Of a DNA stretch of 64,000 bases, positions 24,480 through 39,303 are shown one piece after another. A program made the translations under genes and the position numbers. This DNA comes from Guillardia theta CCMP2712 (Eukaryota; Protista; Cryptophyta). Each line of letters opens with the position of its first letter. Positions within the stretch are counted from its first letter, which is position 1. Location: the NCBI RefSeq assembly GCF_000315625.1, contig NW_005434606.1, positions 224,740 to 288,739 on the forward strand, in the 5' to 3' direction. The notes beneath the pieces are model-generated. The model saw nothing but the letters and a program-made list of their open reading frames with translations, ran no database searches and was not told where the DNA came from.

Positions 24480-24950
24480 TTCGTACCTCCTCCGCCCATG
24501 GTACAGCCCACTGATCGGAGCAACTTTAAACCACCCTACGCTTATTTTTAAGCACCATTTGCTTATTTTTAACCCTATTGACAACCACATCTCAGTACCA
24601 CCCCACCCTCCCATCCATATCTTGTAGTACCCCCTGATTCGATCTGAGGGCCGTGGTACTACCCACCCCTGAGTATCTACCACAAACATCTATGAAATTA
24701 GTACCACCCCTACCTTTTGTTAGTGATGGCTCCAACGTACCCGTACTGTGGGCCCATGCGACTCGACCACCCCTGACTCTTGACCCCCTGTTCTTCCTTT
24801 CATCACCCCTACATACGTATCACATGGAAATAGTACCCCTTTCCTGCCACTCAAAGACGTTAAAATGTACCGGTACTTGAACTACCCAAGTAGACTCAGA
24901 CCCTTGCGTCTAAGTACCCCACCCCTTCGAAATCTCGTCCAAAACTGAAC
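24480..24950. repeat. GTAC/C-run-rich intergenic island
   Basis: Repeated gtaccacccc, gtacccc, and palindrome gtaccggtac (24867-24876). Confidence 0.5.
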
Positions 24951-25299
24951 TGCCGGTTGAGTGCAGAAAATGAGTTGGAATGGAATCTTGGAGGGAGGGA
25001 GGGAGGGAGGGAGGGAGGAGGAGAGGAGGGAGAGACAAGGAGGAACGGAGGAGATATCAGGATAGATATTCGATATATGATGGCAGACCATGTAGAGTTG
25101 TGCTTGAAACGATGCGATGAATCTTCTTGCAGCAAATTAGTTGGAAGTTTCTGTTTTTGGTGATTTGATGCCCAAAAACTTGAACAACAGAAAGAGATGG
25201 AGCATGAATGCAAGGACATGAAGAGATAGTGATTTCAGATCAGATGATGATAGGTTTGAAGACACCGATGAAAGGATCCAATAGGCATCGCCACAGGTT

Positions 25300-28200
25300 G
25301 TGAGGGATGGTGTAGACAGGGTCAAGGGTGGCCCCCACAACACGAAGCTCTGTAGAGAAGCTCCAATGCATAGGATGATGCTCTGTCGAGTAGCAGACAA
25401 ACGCCATGAGCTACGAGAGATGCGAGAGAGATATTTCCACAGAATGGGAATCATGCAGAGGCCATGGCGATGTAGCAAGTGTGTTTTCGATGCGGAGCCC
25501 CTGATGACACATCGGATCTCTCTCCCCCCCCTCCCCCCTCCCCCCCTTCCCCTGTGACGGATTTCCTTGTCAGCTCTGACTGCTTCCCTCCTATCAGGCA
25601 TGCATGGCTCTTGTCTCTCACAGACTCTGACTTCTTCGGCCTCCACACGTCTGTCGCTCGCTCGCTCTCCTTGTGGCCTGACTTCCACCTCAGTGAACGA
25701 CCCCGTTCCCCCTGCTTCCTCCCGCAGAGCAAGGAGCAGCGGTATGCCCGACATGTCGTTGACTGCTCTGCACCTGCTGACGGAGGCGCAGGCCAGAGAT
25801 CTGACGTGTCATCAGACCCTCGTCGGCATCATGACACGCACATCACCAAGTTCTATCAGTTCGAGACGAGCTCGGGGCAGAGCGAGCGAGGCAGCTCCAG
25901 CTCGCGGTCCTCGCGCTCTCTGGGGACTTCCAACGCGACAGACGGGGAGGAGGAGAAGGGGTTTCTGAGCTCCCTGGTCGACCGGGAAGCCGTGGGTCCG
26001 ATGGGTGAGGTGATGATCACGGGAAGGAGAAAGCAGAATGACTGCAAGAAGGTCAGCGAAAACTTCTACTCCTCCTCCTTCACATTCTCTTCCCCCTCCC
26101 CCCGCCACCCCTCCTCTAATCTCATCCTCTTCTCTCTGACATGCCTGCCCCTGGCTCAACCGTTCCCTTCCGCCCTCCCCACTCTCCTCCCGTCTCTCCT
26201 CCCCATTCTCCTCCCCCCTCTCTTCCCCCTTCTCTTCCCCCCTCTCACTTCGTCCTCTTCCCAGGACGCGAACATCGAGAGGCTCGTCGGTGTGGACGTG
26301 GCACCTGCTGTGGGCTTGCGGGTGGTGACATCGAGCCGGGCAAGGGACGTGAGCAAGGTCGGACTTCCCTGCCCAGGGACGATCGTCAGCCTGATGAAGG
26401 AGGGGCGAGCGTGTGCGGTGAAGTGGGACGATGGTGACGGGCCGTACAAGTATGGCACTTCGAATGCTACAGGGTATCAGGTGATCCCTTCCCTCCTCCC
26501 CCCTCCCACCTGCCCCTCCTCTTTCGGCTCCCTCCTCCGCCTCCCTCCCTCGTCTTAACTCTTCCTTCTTCCCTCCATCGCTTCCCTCTACCTCCTCCCT
26601 CCCTCTCATCCTCCACAGCCATCATTTCACAAGCTCTAGCCCGCTCTTCCCTCCCTTCTCTTCGTTCCTCACCTCCCCTTTGCGAGTCTCTCCGCTCCTT
26701 CCGTCCTCCTTCTCTCCTACCTCCGGCCTCGCACTCCCTCCTCCCGCACGCTTCTGAACCTTGCCACCAGCTTGCCGCCATCTCCCCGCAGCACGAGCCC
26801 AGCCTTCCCAAACAGTGGGGCAAGAGGATCATGAGGGTTGTCTCCACCATGTCCGAGAGGATGCAGGAAAAGTTTGCGCGTCTGCAGCAGATGCTGACGT
26901 CAGCTGGGTACGAGCTGGACTACAAGCAGGGGAGGGCCAGCAACGCTCTCGTCGAGCTGGGAACCACCCACAAGCACATCTGCTTCTGCGTCATCTTCCT
27001 CACCCACGAACTCCTCAAGGAGGTGGGCTTCAGCTGGAGGGTGCCGACTCAACGCTCATGCTCATTGTCCAGGTGCGGTCCGGGGGATTCGTAAGGTCAG
27101 AGATAGAGTTCTTGCAACAGGTACTCCTCTCCTCTCCTCTNNNNNNNNNNNNNNNNNNNNNNNNNNNNNNNNNNNNNNNNNNNNNNNNNNNNNNNNNNNN
27201 NNNNNNNNNNNNNNNNNNNNNNNNNNNNNNNNNNNNNNNNNNNNNNNNNNNNNNNNNNNNNNNNNNNNNNNNNNNNNNNNNNNNNNNNNNNNNNNNNNNN
27301 NNNNNNNNNNNNNNNNNNNNNNNNNNNNNNNNNNNNNNNNNNNNNNNNNNNNNNNNNNNNNNNNNNNNNNNNNNNNNNNNNNNNNNNNNNNNNNNNNNNN
27401 NNNNNNNNNNNNNNNNNNNNNNNNNNNNNNNNNNNNNNNNNNNNNNNNNNNNNNNNNNNNNNNNNNNNNNNNNNNNNNNNNNNNNNNNNNNNNNNNNNNN
27501 NNNNNNNNNNNNNNNNNNNNNNNNNNNNNNNNNNNNNNNNNNNNNNNNNNNNNNNNNNNNNNNNNNNNNNNNNNNNNNNNNNNNNNNNNNNNNNNNNNNN
27601 NNNNNNNNNNNNNNNNNNNNNNNNNNNNNNNNNNNNNNNNNNNNNNNNNNNNNNNNNNNNNNNNNNNNNNNNNNNNNNNNNNNNNNNNNNNNNNNNNNNN
27701 NNNNNNNNNNNNNNNNNNNNNNNNNNNNNNNNNNNNNNNNNNNNNNNNNNNNNNNNNNNNNNNNNNNNNNNNNNNNNNNNNNNNNNNNNNNNNNNNNNNN
27801 NNNNNNNNNNNNNNNNNNNNNNNNNNNNNNNNNNNNNNNNNNNNNNNNNNNNNNNNNNNNNNNNNNNNNNNNNNNNNNNNNNNNNNNNNNNNNNNNNNNN
27901 NNNNNNNNNNNNNNNNNNNNNNNNNNNNNNNNNNNNNNNNNNNNNNNNNNNNNNNNNNNNNNNNNNNNNNNNNNNNNNNNNNNNNNNNNNNNNNNNNNNN
28001 NNNNNNNNNNNNNNNNNNNNNNNNNNNNNNNNNNNNNNNNNNNNNNNNNNNNNNNNNNNNNNNNNNNNNNNNNNNNNNNNNNNNNNNNNNNNNNNNNNNN
28101 NNNNNNNNNNNNNNNNNNNNNCCTCTCCTCCTTTCATCCCCTCCTCTCATCCCCTCCTTTTTCCCTCTCTCATCTTCTCTGCTCTGCTCTGCTCTGCTCG

Positions 28201-28948
28201 CCACTATGGTCTCCGCTGGAGTCTTTTCGTTTCCTCTTCTGCACTCTTGTTTCTTCTCCCCCTTTTTTCTCATCGCATCTCTCCCTCGCCCTCATTCTCA
28301 CTTGCTCGACTTGCGCAGCATCTAGCGGAGCCGAGGATGATGATAGTCAGCCTCGAGCCAGGTGTCAACACCTTCCCCTCCTGCTCCTCTCCTCTCTCCT
28401 TCCCTCCCTCTCCCTCCCTCCCTCCTGCTGCTCTCCTGCTGCTCTCCTCCCCCCCCCTCTCTCGCTCCCTCCCACTCCTCCTTCAGTCCTCCTCTACCTC
28501 TGCCTCTGACTTTTCTTTCTCTTCGTCTCTCTCACTCTCACTTTCACTATCTCGCTCGCTCGCCCATCCTCAAACTTCAGGTTGTTCTCTTGCTAGCTTG
28601 GGAGGTCTTGCCCATCCCCTCGGGAGAATTTCTTTCGTCGACTGCTCCCAGTCATGTCAGTTCGCCTCTCCTCCCCAGCCTCCACATCCTCCATCTCTCT
28701 CCTCCTTCTCCGCTGCTGCGCCACCTCCTGCTCCTCCTTGCTTCTTCTTTTCCTCTAGCATCCTCCTCCTCGCTACTTCTCTTCTACCTGCTTCCTACCC
28801 TTCATCACTTCGTCTCCTCCTCACGGCTCTTGTTACAGTTGGCAGAGGAACGGAAGGACTCAACGATGTCGCAGCAGCGATCAGGCAGCGAGCAGACCAA
28901 CAGGAGGCTCCCATGACAGCGAGGAGCAGAACGAGCTCGGGAAGATGA
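25300..28948 (+). CDS. Protein with Mib/HERC2-like SH3-fold domain and C-terminal TIR-like domain (spliced; 5' end uncertain)
   Basis: Exon ~26265-26480: AVGLRVV...PGTIVSLMKEGRACAVKWDDGDGPYKYGTSNATGYQL. Exons 26771-27022, 27073-27120, 28319-28361, 28581-28656, 28839-28948 splice in frame to ...ICFCVIFLTHELLKEVRSGGFVRSEIEFLQQHLAEPRMMIVSLEPG...LGRISFVDCSQSFGRGTEGLNDVAAAIRQ. Confidence 0.6.
27141..28121. other. Assembly gap (981 N) inside a CT-rich intron
   Basis: Run of N flanked by (CCTCT)n. Confidence 1.
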
Positions 28949-29232
28949 TTCTCCTGCTCCTGCTCCTGCTCCTGCTCTTCTGCTCCTGCTCCTGCTCCTG
29001 CTCTTCTGCTCCTTACTTCCTACACACTTACATACTCACAAAATCTTTCCCTCCTCCTTCTGACGTATTAAATAAATTTAAATCTTCACCCTCTGATTAC
29101 TCTTTGAGAAGGAGCAGTCAAGGAGGAGCAGGAAGGAAGCTGAGGGAGGGGAGGGGGGGGGAGCTGTTGTTGAAGTAGAGTGATAGAGAGAAGAGATCAT
29201 ATAAAGGCAGTGTAATGTTCGTCGTTGACACC

Positions 29233-33138
<3,906 letters not shown>

Positions 33139-33899
33139 TCTTCACGCCCTTGTCCTTGCAGTGACGGATCAGAAGAGGAGGTACATACGCACAGGTTCCT
33201 GCTCCCTGCCTGCAACAATGCAAGCCGTCAAACATGATGTATGCAGCGCTAGGGCAGCTGCAACTGGTACATTTCGACGAGGAAAGGATCTGATCTCGCT
33301 GAGATCTCCCAACACCATAACAGTCTCAGCAACATGAATCTGCATCAAGCTCCTCCAACTCACTGAAGACTGCTGATCCGACCCTTGCCCTGCATTCCCC
33401 TCTCTCACCCTTCCATTCCCACAGGCTGTTATAATCCTTATGCACTAATCTTGATAACGTATCCTGCTATGCTCTTGCAAAGCTGCTCCATGCTCATCAC
33501 AGTGATACCATGAACATCGTCGTACCATCTTCGCCTTCCTCCTCTCAGCCATTGCATCCCCTCCTGCCCCCCCCCCCCCCCCCCTCCCCCCCCCCCCCAA
33601 CCCTCGCCATTCCTTAGCCTGCGGCCATTGCGCCATAAAGCTCGCAGTAAACAATTCTATGTCCATAATTGTTATCATGCCCCGCCCCTAGCACCCCCTT
33701 TCTGAAGTAACTACCCCATCACAGGTAGAACAGACTTGCTACACCCCTTGTAATATCTATAAAAATGTGTCCTAATCAGGGGTACTCCAAGAAACTTTTC
33801 GGACCCTACCACATCTCTCCCGTGAAAGATTTTGTCCACCCCCTTCGATATCAGAAGCTCATGAGTAAAAACCCCTTACCAAAAAAAAAAAAATAGTTC

Positions 33900-34850
33900 T
33901 GTCTGAGAGCGGGCCCTCCCGCGGCCGGGCCCCGCCGGGCCGGGTCGGCCGGCAGCCCGGGCCGCCTGCCTGAGGGCCGCTGAGTCGGTGCACTGAGCGA
34001 CCCGGTGACCGTGACTCGGCGACAGTCGAACTACTGCGGCCGCGGCCGCGCTTGTGACGGGCACGGTAACCGTGACGGCGTTGAATCCTCTTGCAGCCGT
34101 CACGGCCGTCAGTACCGGCGTATGCCGCCCCGCGGCACGCGGCCGTCGGGCACTGCGGCCGCGGGGCGCCCACTCAATGATTGATCGGACCGGGGCCCGG
34201 CGGCCCGGGGGGGGGGCAGTACTAGTGACTTCAACGGCCGGGCCGGCCGTAGACGCCGTCGCCGGGTTCCGATCTGAGTGAACGGTCCGATCGGCCCGCC
34301 GGTGTAACTTGTCAAGTTCAAGTTTACGGTCAGGTTTCAATCATACTAGGCTAGGCCCGGGCGGGCACTGACCGTACGGACTCAGGTGACCTCCGCGCGC
34401 AGTGGCCCCCGGCCCCGGGGGGGGGGGCCGGTGGCGCCCGCGAGTCCGTCCGACCGTCACAGGCCCGGCCCGGCCCGCGGCGGTCCCGGCCGGCGACTGG
34501 CACGTCGGTAGCGGCCGCGGCGACTGAGTCACTGAGTCCGACCGGGCCGCCCCCTCCGACTCAGTAACCAAGTACGGTCAGTTGAGCGGTTACTGGCACT
34601 GCGCGGCGGCGTCACGGCAGGCTGTGAGTCACCGTTTCCGTACCGTCTTCAGGCCCTGGCCACATGCCGGGCCCCGGCGGCCCGCGTGGCGGTGCCCGGC
34701 CCCGCCGGGGAGTCTGAGGCTCAGCGGCTCAGCCGTCAACTTGAACTGAGTCCGCCAGTCTGTCATCCACTGGTGCGGCTGAGTCTCCGGGAGTCGACTC
34801 CGAGTCGTGACGCGACGGACTGAGGGCCCGGGGATTGGCTCGGAATCGAA
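33900..34850. repeat. GC/CpG-rich hairpin-mosaic island C, preceded by an A-run (33881-33893) and a GTAC-type segment (33680-33880)
   Basis: cgac-a-gtcg (34020-34028), gcggccgcggccgc (34036-34049), ggagtcgactcc (34790-34801); repeated actgagtc. Confidence 0.7.
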
Positions 34851-35334
34851 ATCTTGAGATGTTACTGCGACAGACCCTGAAAATTGGATTTCGCTCTCGC
34901 GTTAGGCGACCCTGGTGAATCTGCCAGCCGCATTGAACGGACTTGAGACCGTCGCGTGGTACTTGAGACTGTGTGAAGCCTCGGAACTTAGTTCAACTTC
35001 ACTGTCATGCCATGATGCGGCCGCCCGGCTGTGCCAACAAGCTGAAGCTGGCATGTGACACTGCTCGAAAGATAATAGTACAACAGCATTGTTTTTATCA
35101 TATACAGTAATCATCTGATAGCAAAAAATTTGAAAAAGACTCAGAGGGCTTGCAGTTTGAGTAGTGCTACAGTGATTCACTTCAAGTTGGCGCTGCATCA
35201 CTGTCACTGAGACGGTTCGAAGGATCATACTGTACTCAAGTGACAGATTATCAAACAAGGTAGTAAAAAGCCAAAAAGGAGAAGAAATACATAGGCTTGA
35301 CCTCCGATAACTTGCAAGCACTGGAAGATTACCA

Positions 35335-36066
35335 TCAATTTTCATACCCTCGCTCCCTGTTGATCCGTTGGAAGTACTTCTGCGCATGCGACCGCACCTG
35401 CGAGATCGACCGCGTCCCTACAGCCTTCGATATCATCTCCGCTAGCCCGTGCCCCAGCCCTATCGTCACCCTCCCATGGCTCGCAAGCATCTGCCTCAGA
35501 GGCGACAGCTTCTCCAACGCGTCGACAAACCTCCTGTGCTCCTCCCTGCTCCACTGGTAGTTGCTCGACGATGCCTTGGACTTTCGAGACCCGCCATTTG
35601 CTGCGGGCGGTGGCGGTGATGAGACGAAAGCGTCTTGAGAAGGAGGGGCAAGGAGGCAGTCGGGGCTTGGGCTTGCAGAGGACACGCTGCTGGCCGAGTC
35701 TCCGTCCGTGTTTGATTCCTGATGTTCGCTCTCGGAAGAAATCGGCCCCACACTGCCTGCAGATGTTGGAAGAGCTATGAGTTCTGTTTTCGAGAGCATC
35801 CGACCTGTGCTTGGCTCCTTTGCAGTTTCATGAGTACTTTCAGTGTTATTAGCGTGCTTAGACAAAGACAATGTGATCTCGTTGCAACTTTCTGAAGTGA
35901 GAAACTGTGCTGGGATGGTGACAAGCCAGTCGCCGTCCTGGGCAGCTGCATTCCAAGGTGATAGGACAGGAAATTTCAGCGGGGCGTCCTCGGGAAAGAG
36001 TGAGGCGATGGCGTCTTCAAGTGAGCCTTCGTTCAGTCTCATAGTCTCTGCCACCATGGTTTGCAT
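35335..36066 (-). CDS. SHAQKYF-class MYB-related transcription factor with an insertion in the MYB domain
   Basis: WSREEHRRFVDALEKL-SPLRQMLASHGRVTIGLGHGL-AEMISKAVGTRSISQVRSHAQKYF; first suitable ATG at 36066; apparently intronless. Confidence 0.85.
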   Translation of the reverse strand: MQTMVAETMRLNEGSLEDAIASLFPEDAPLKFPVLSPWNAAAQDGDWLVTIPAQFLTSESCNEITLSLSKHANNTESTHETAKEPSTGRMLSKTELIALPTSAGSVGPISSESEHQESNTDGDSASSVSSASPSPDCLLAPPSQDAFVSSPPPPAANGGSRKSKASSSNYQWSREEHRRFVDALEKLSPLRQMLASHGRVTIGLGHGLAEMISKAVGTRSISQVRSHAQKYFQRINRERGYEN

Positions 36067-36932
36067 ACGTATAAATTCGTGTGAGGATGCTTTGAGCCAG
36101 CCTTTGCTTGGCGGGTTGCCGACCTGATGTTTGTTGTGATTCCGAACGTTTCTTTGCAACCAAAGCGCGTTTATCCCTCCAAACGGTCTCTTTCGGTGGG
36201 CAGCCCTTGCTCTTACTCGTGCACTGCGTACCAACTCAACACATTGAACGACACACGGCACCAGCACGGACAAGTCAGAGAGTCGCAGAGGGTCAGAGAG
36301 GCAAGTGGAGGCCGATCCACGACAGAGAGCGAACAAACAAGTTTGGAAGAGAGTAGAGGGAGGAGGAATGAGGTGGAGGCAAGTGGAGGATGACGAGGAG
36401 CAGGACGAGGAGATGCAAAGGGAACCTGCAAGGGGAGTGGGGGCGTGGGGAAAAGTGGCGTCGGGGGGACGGGGGGAGCCAGCGGAAACAAAAAAATAAA
36501 AATGGAATTGGGGAACTGGACCACCCCTAGGACCAGTAACCCTCATATTACCTGAGAATAGTACCCCTAGCGACCATGTCCCATGTGCCCCAAAAAACTC
36601 GAATTTTACGGACAGCTGCCATGGCCTGGCCGGAGATAACGTGACATCGTGATTACACCACAGCTTTACAACAATTTTACGGAAAGTTTAAAACATTTTA
36701 ATTGTCAGCCTCGACATTATATGTCGTTATACTCGGGGAGTAGCGAAATTACAAAGGTTTTAATAGTTTTCACCATTTTTTTTACAATGTACCGGTCATC
36801 AGTCGTATCTCCAGACCCGGTCGTGTAAAAGTTGAGGCTTTTTGTTCGGATCGCTCCGTGCTGCCATGTCGTCAGCGACGTGTGGCGCCGTTTGCCGCGC
36901 CCTCGCTTGATTCCTTGCTAACTCGAAGCTGA

Positions 36933-36975
36933 ACGACCGACCGACCGACCGACCGACCGACCGACCGACCGGCTA

Positions 36976-37016
<41 letters not shown>

Positions 37017-37040
37017 ATTGATGGATGGATTGATGGATGA
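36933..37040 (+). repeat. Compound microsatellite (ACCG)n(GGCT)n(GATG)n
   Basis: Directly visible. Confidence 0.95.
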
Positions 37041-37559
37041 CAATGGATGAGGAGAGAAAGCAAGTACAATGATGATGCATGAGGGAAGGAGAAGGGAGAA
37101 AATGTCAATTCATCAATGAATCCACCAAGGGTCTGTCAAGGGATGAAAAAGGAAGCAAATGGAAAAGAGGAATGTATGATAAGAAAGGACAAGGAAAGCA
37201 GGATTGTATGGATGAGAAGGTGGATGAATAAATGCATCGAAGGAGGGAAGGAAAGAGATCGTGATTGGACTGAGGCGGGCGGGAGGAGGGGCAAGAAAGA
37301 AACGAGATCAATCCTTGACAGGAATGACCTGTTGATGAAACACGGACGGAATGTAGATGAATGCAGAAGAGAGAGGGAGGCGAGCGGACCCTGTTCATGC
37401 GGATTGTTCGGATACTCGTCCTATACACTCAGCAGAAATAAGCTCACGAATCTGAATGCACAGGATCCCTTCTGCCCCTATTCGAGCCTGGCAGTGTTTG
37501 AATGCAGATAAGAATAAAGTTTGAGCTCTGTCAAAGTGACTTAGCAGGAAGCCGGGAAG

Positions 37560-38450
37560 ACGAGGATGAACTTGGACCGGCCACTGATGGGCACAGTACC
37601 GTTCCAGAGACTCGGAGCTGCGTGGCATGATACGGTGGCAAGCCGCCGGCGGCAGACTCGGGCGGCCGCGCATCTTGCTTGACTTGCGTGCCGTCCGATA
37701 GGACCGGGTCACTGAAGCCTCGGGCGGCCCGGGTCATGAACGGCTGAGAAGCGGCGGCTCGACTCAGTGACGCCACTGGCGAGTACGGTCCCGCCGAGTC
37801 CGACACTGCCGTGGCGGCCGGGCACTTGACTGGCACTGGGGCTCCGGGAGTCCGGCCACCGGGTCGGTGAGACGGACGGTCACTGGGCCGTCATGTACGA
37901 CGTTTGAAAGTTTCCCTGCCTGTGAGCCTGGCTGGCCGCCGCCGGCCAGCCGGGCGACCGATCCGATCGCCGCAGGGGCGAACACGGCCCGGTCCGATGA
38001 CTGAGCACGGATCCGATGATCGGATCCGAGCCTCGGAGTGCGCCGCGCGGGCCGGCCCCGTGTCAGTGTGGCAGTGCGCCGCCCGGGCCCCGGCCGCCAC
38101 CGCCGGTCACAGGCCCGGGCACCGTCAGCGCCGGGCCGGCGGCCGGCGGCCCGGCGGCCGGCGGCCCGGGTGCGGGACTGCACCGCCGCTCAGGGCACAG
38201 TGCCCGGCCAACTTGTGACTTGCCAAGGCTGTGCAGCCGCTCACTAGCCAGCGGCGGCTGCCGGGCCGCCCGGCCGTGACGGTCCGATCGCAGCTTCCGA
38301 AGTTCCTTGAAGTTGCCAACGCCGTTGAAGGCTTGAAGCCTTTGGAAGCCTGGCACGGCCGAAAGTTCCCCGGAGCCCGGAATCGGAGTCCGGGCCGCAC
38401 TGCCCGGCCGGCCGTCACCGGGGCATACCGAGGTGCAGCTCCCGATCAGA
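37560..38450. repeat. GC/CpG-rich hairpin-mosaic island D, followed by a GTAC-type segment (38480-38640)
   Basis: cggatccgat-g-atcggatccg (38008-38028), aaggctt-g-aagcctt (38328-38342); then agtaccggtact (38528-38539) and tggggtac-c-gtacccca (38591-38607). Confidence 0.7.
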
Positions 38451-39303
38451 TAGCTAGATTGATAAATCACTCAACATTCAAATACCAGGGTACTCCCTAC
38501 CCTACCCCTTTGAGATTACACGACCAAAGTACCGGTACTGATCATTGAGATGGGTGAAGGGGTGGGGTAAGCTGTAAAGGTAGGGTAACATGGGGTACCG
38601 TACCCCAGCGTTCCCTGTGGGAGACAGGGGGGTGGCTGCAGTCTTGGAAGCCTCTTTATATGACGGCAATGGCACCATTGGCGGGGCGAGGGTAACGGGA
38701 GGAGAGTGAGGAGGAGGGAGAGAGAGGGGCGAGGACAAGAGAAGGGAACATGATCGTGAAGGACACAGGAAGACAGAAGATGGGACTCGGAGACCTTGGA
38801 TAAGAACTGCTGGGAGGAGGAGGAGGAGTGTTGAGGTTGAGGAAGGGTAAGAGGGTAGAAGGTGCAAGGAGTACACAAGGGCAAGAAACAGGGAGCAGCT
38901 GAGAGGAAAGAGAGGAGGAAAACAAGCAACGGCGATCTGCGAAAGGGTTTATCGCCATGAACCCGTAGAACCAAGACAGACGGAGCCAGGTGCTGCAGGG
39001 AAACTGAAATGGGAGGCGGATCGTGTTGAAAGGACGTGGTGAGTTTGACTAAGGCGAGGAGGAGGACTGGCAACATTGGATGAGATGCGAGTATGACAGA
39101 TACCCTGCTCCAGCTTCCGTCTACTGCAAGGAGAGCACAGACTAGTGAAGGCTGCTGGGCGAATCTATTTTTGTGACTGTAACAGTTTCGTTGCACTGAT
39201 CGGGGAGGCCTCAAGGTAGGGAAGGAGATCGGAAGTTTGGTTCGCCACGGGACTTGAGGAGAGAGGTTAGTCTGATACCTGCTGGACATACTCGACGTGG
39301 AGG

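Noticed and set aside
26761-28509. Long ORFs spanning the N run
   Set aside because: Artefacts of translating gaps as X.
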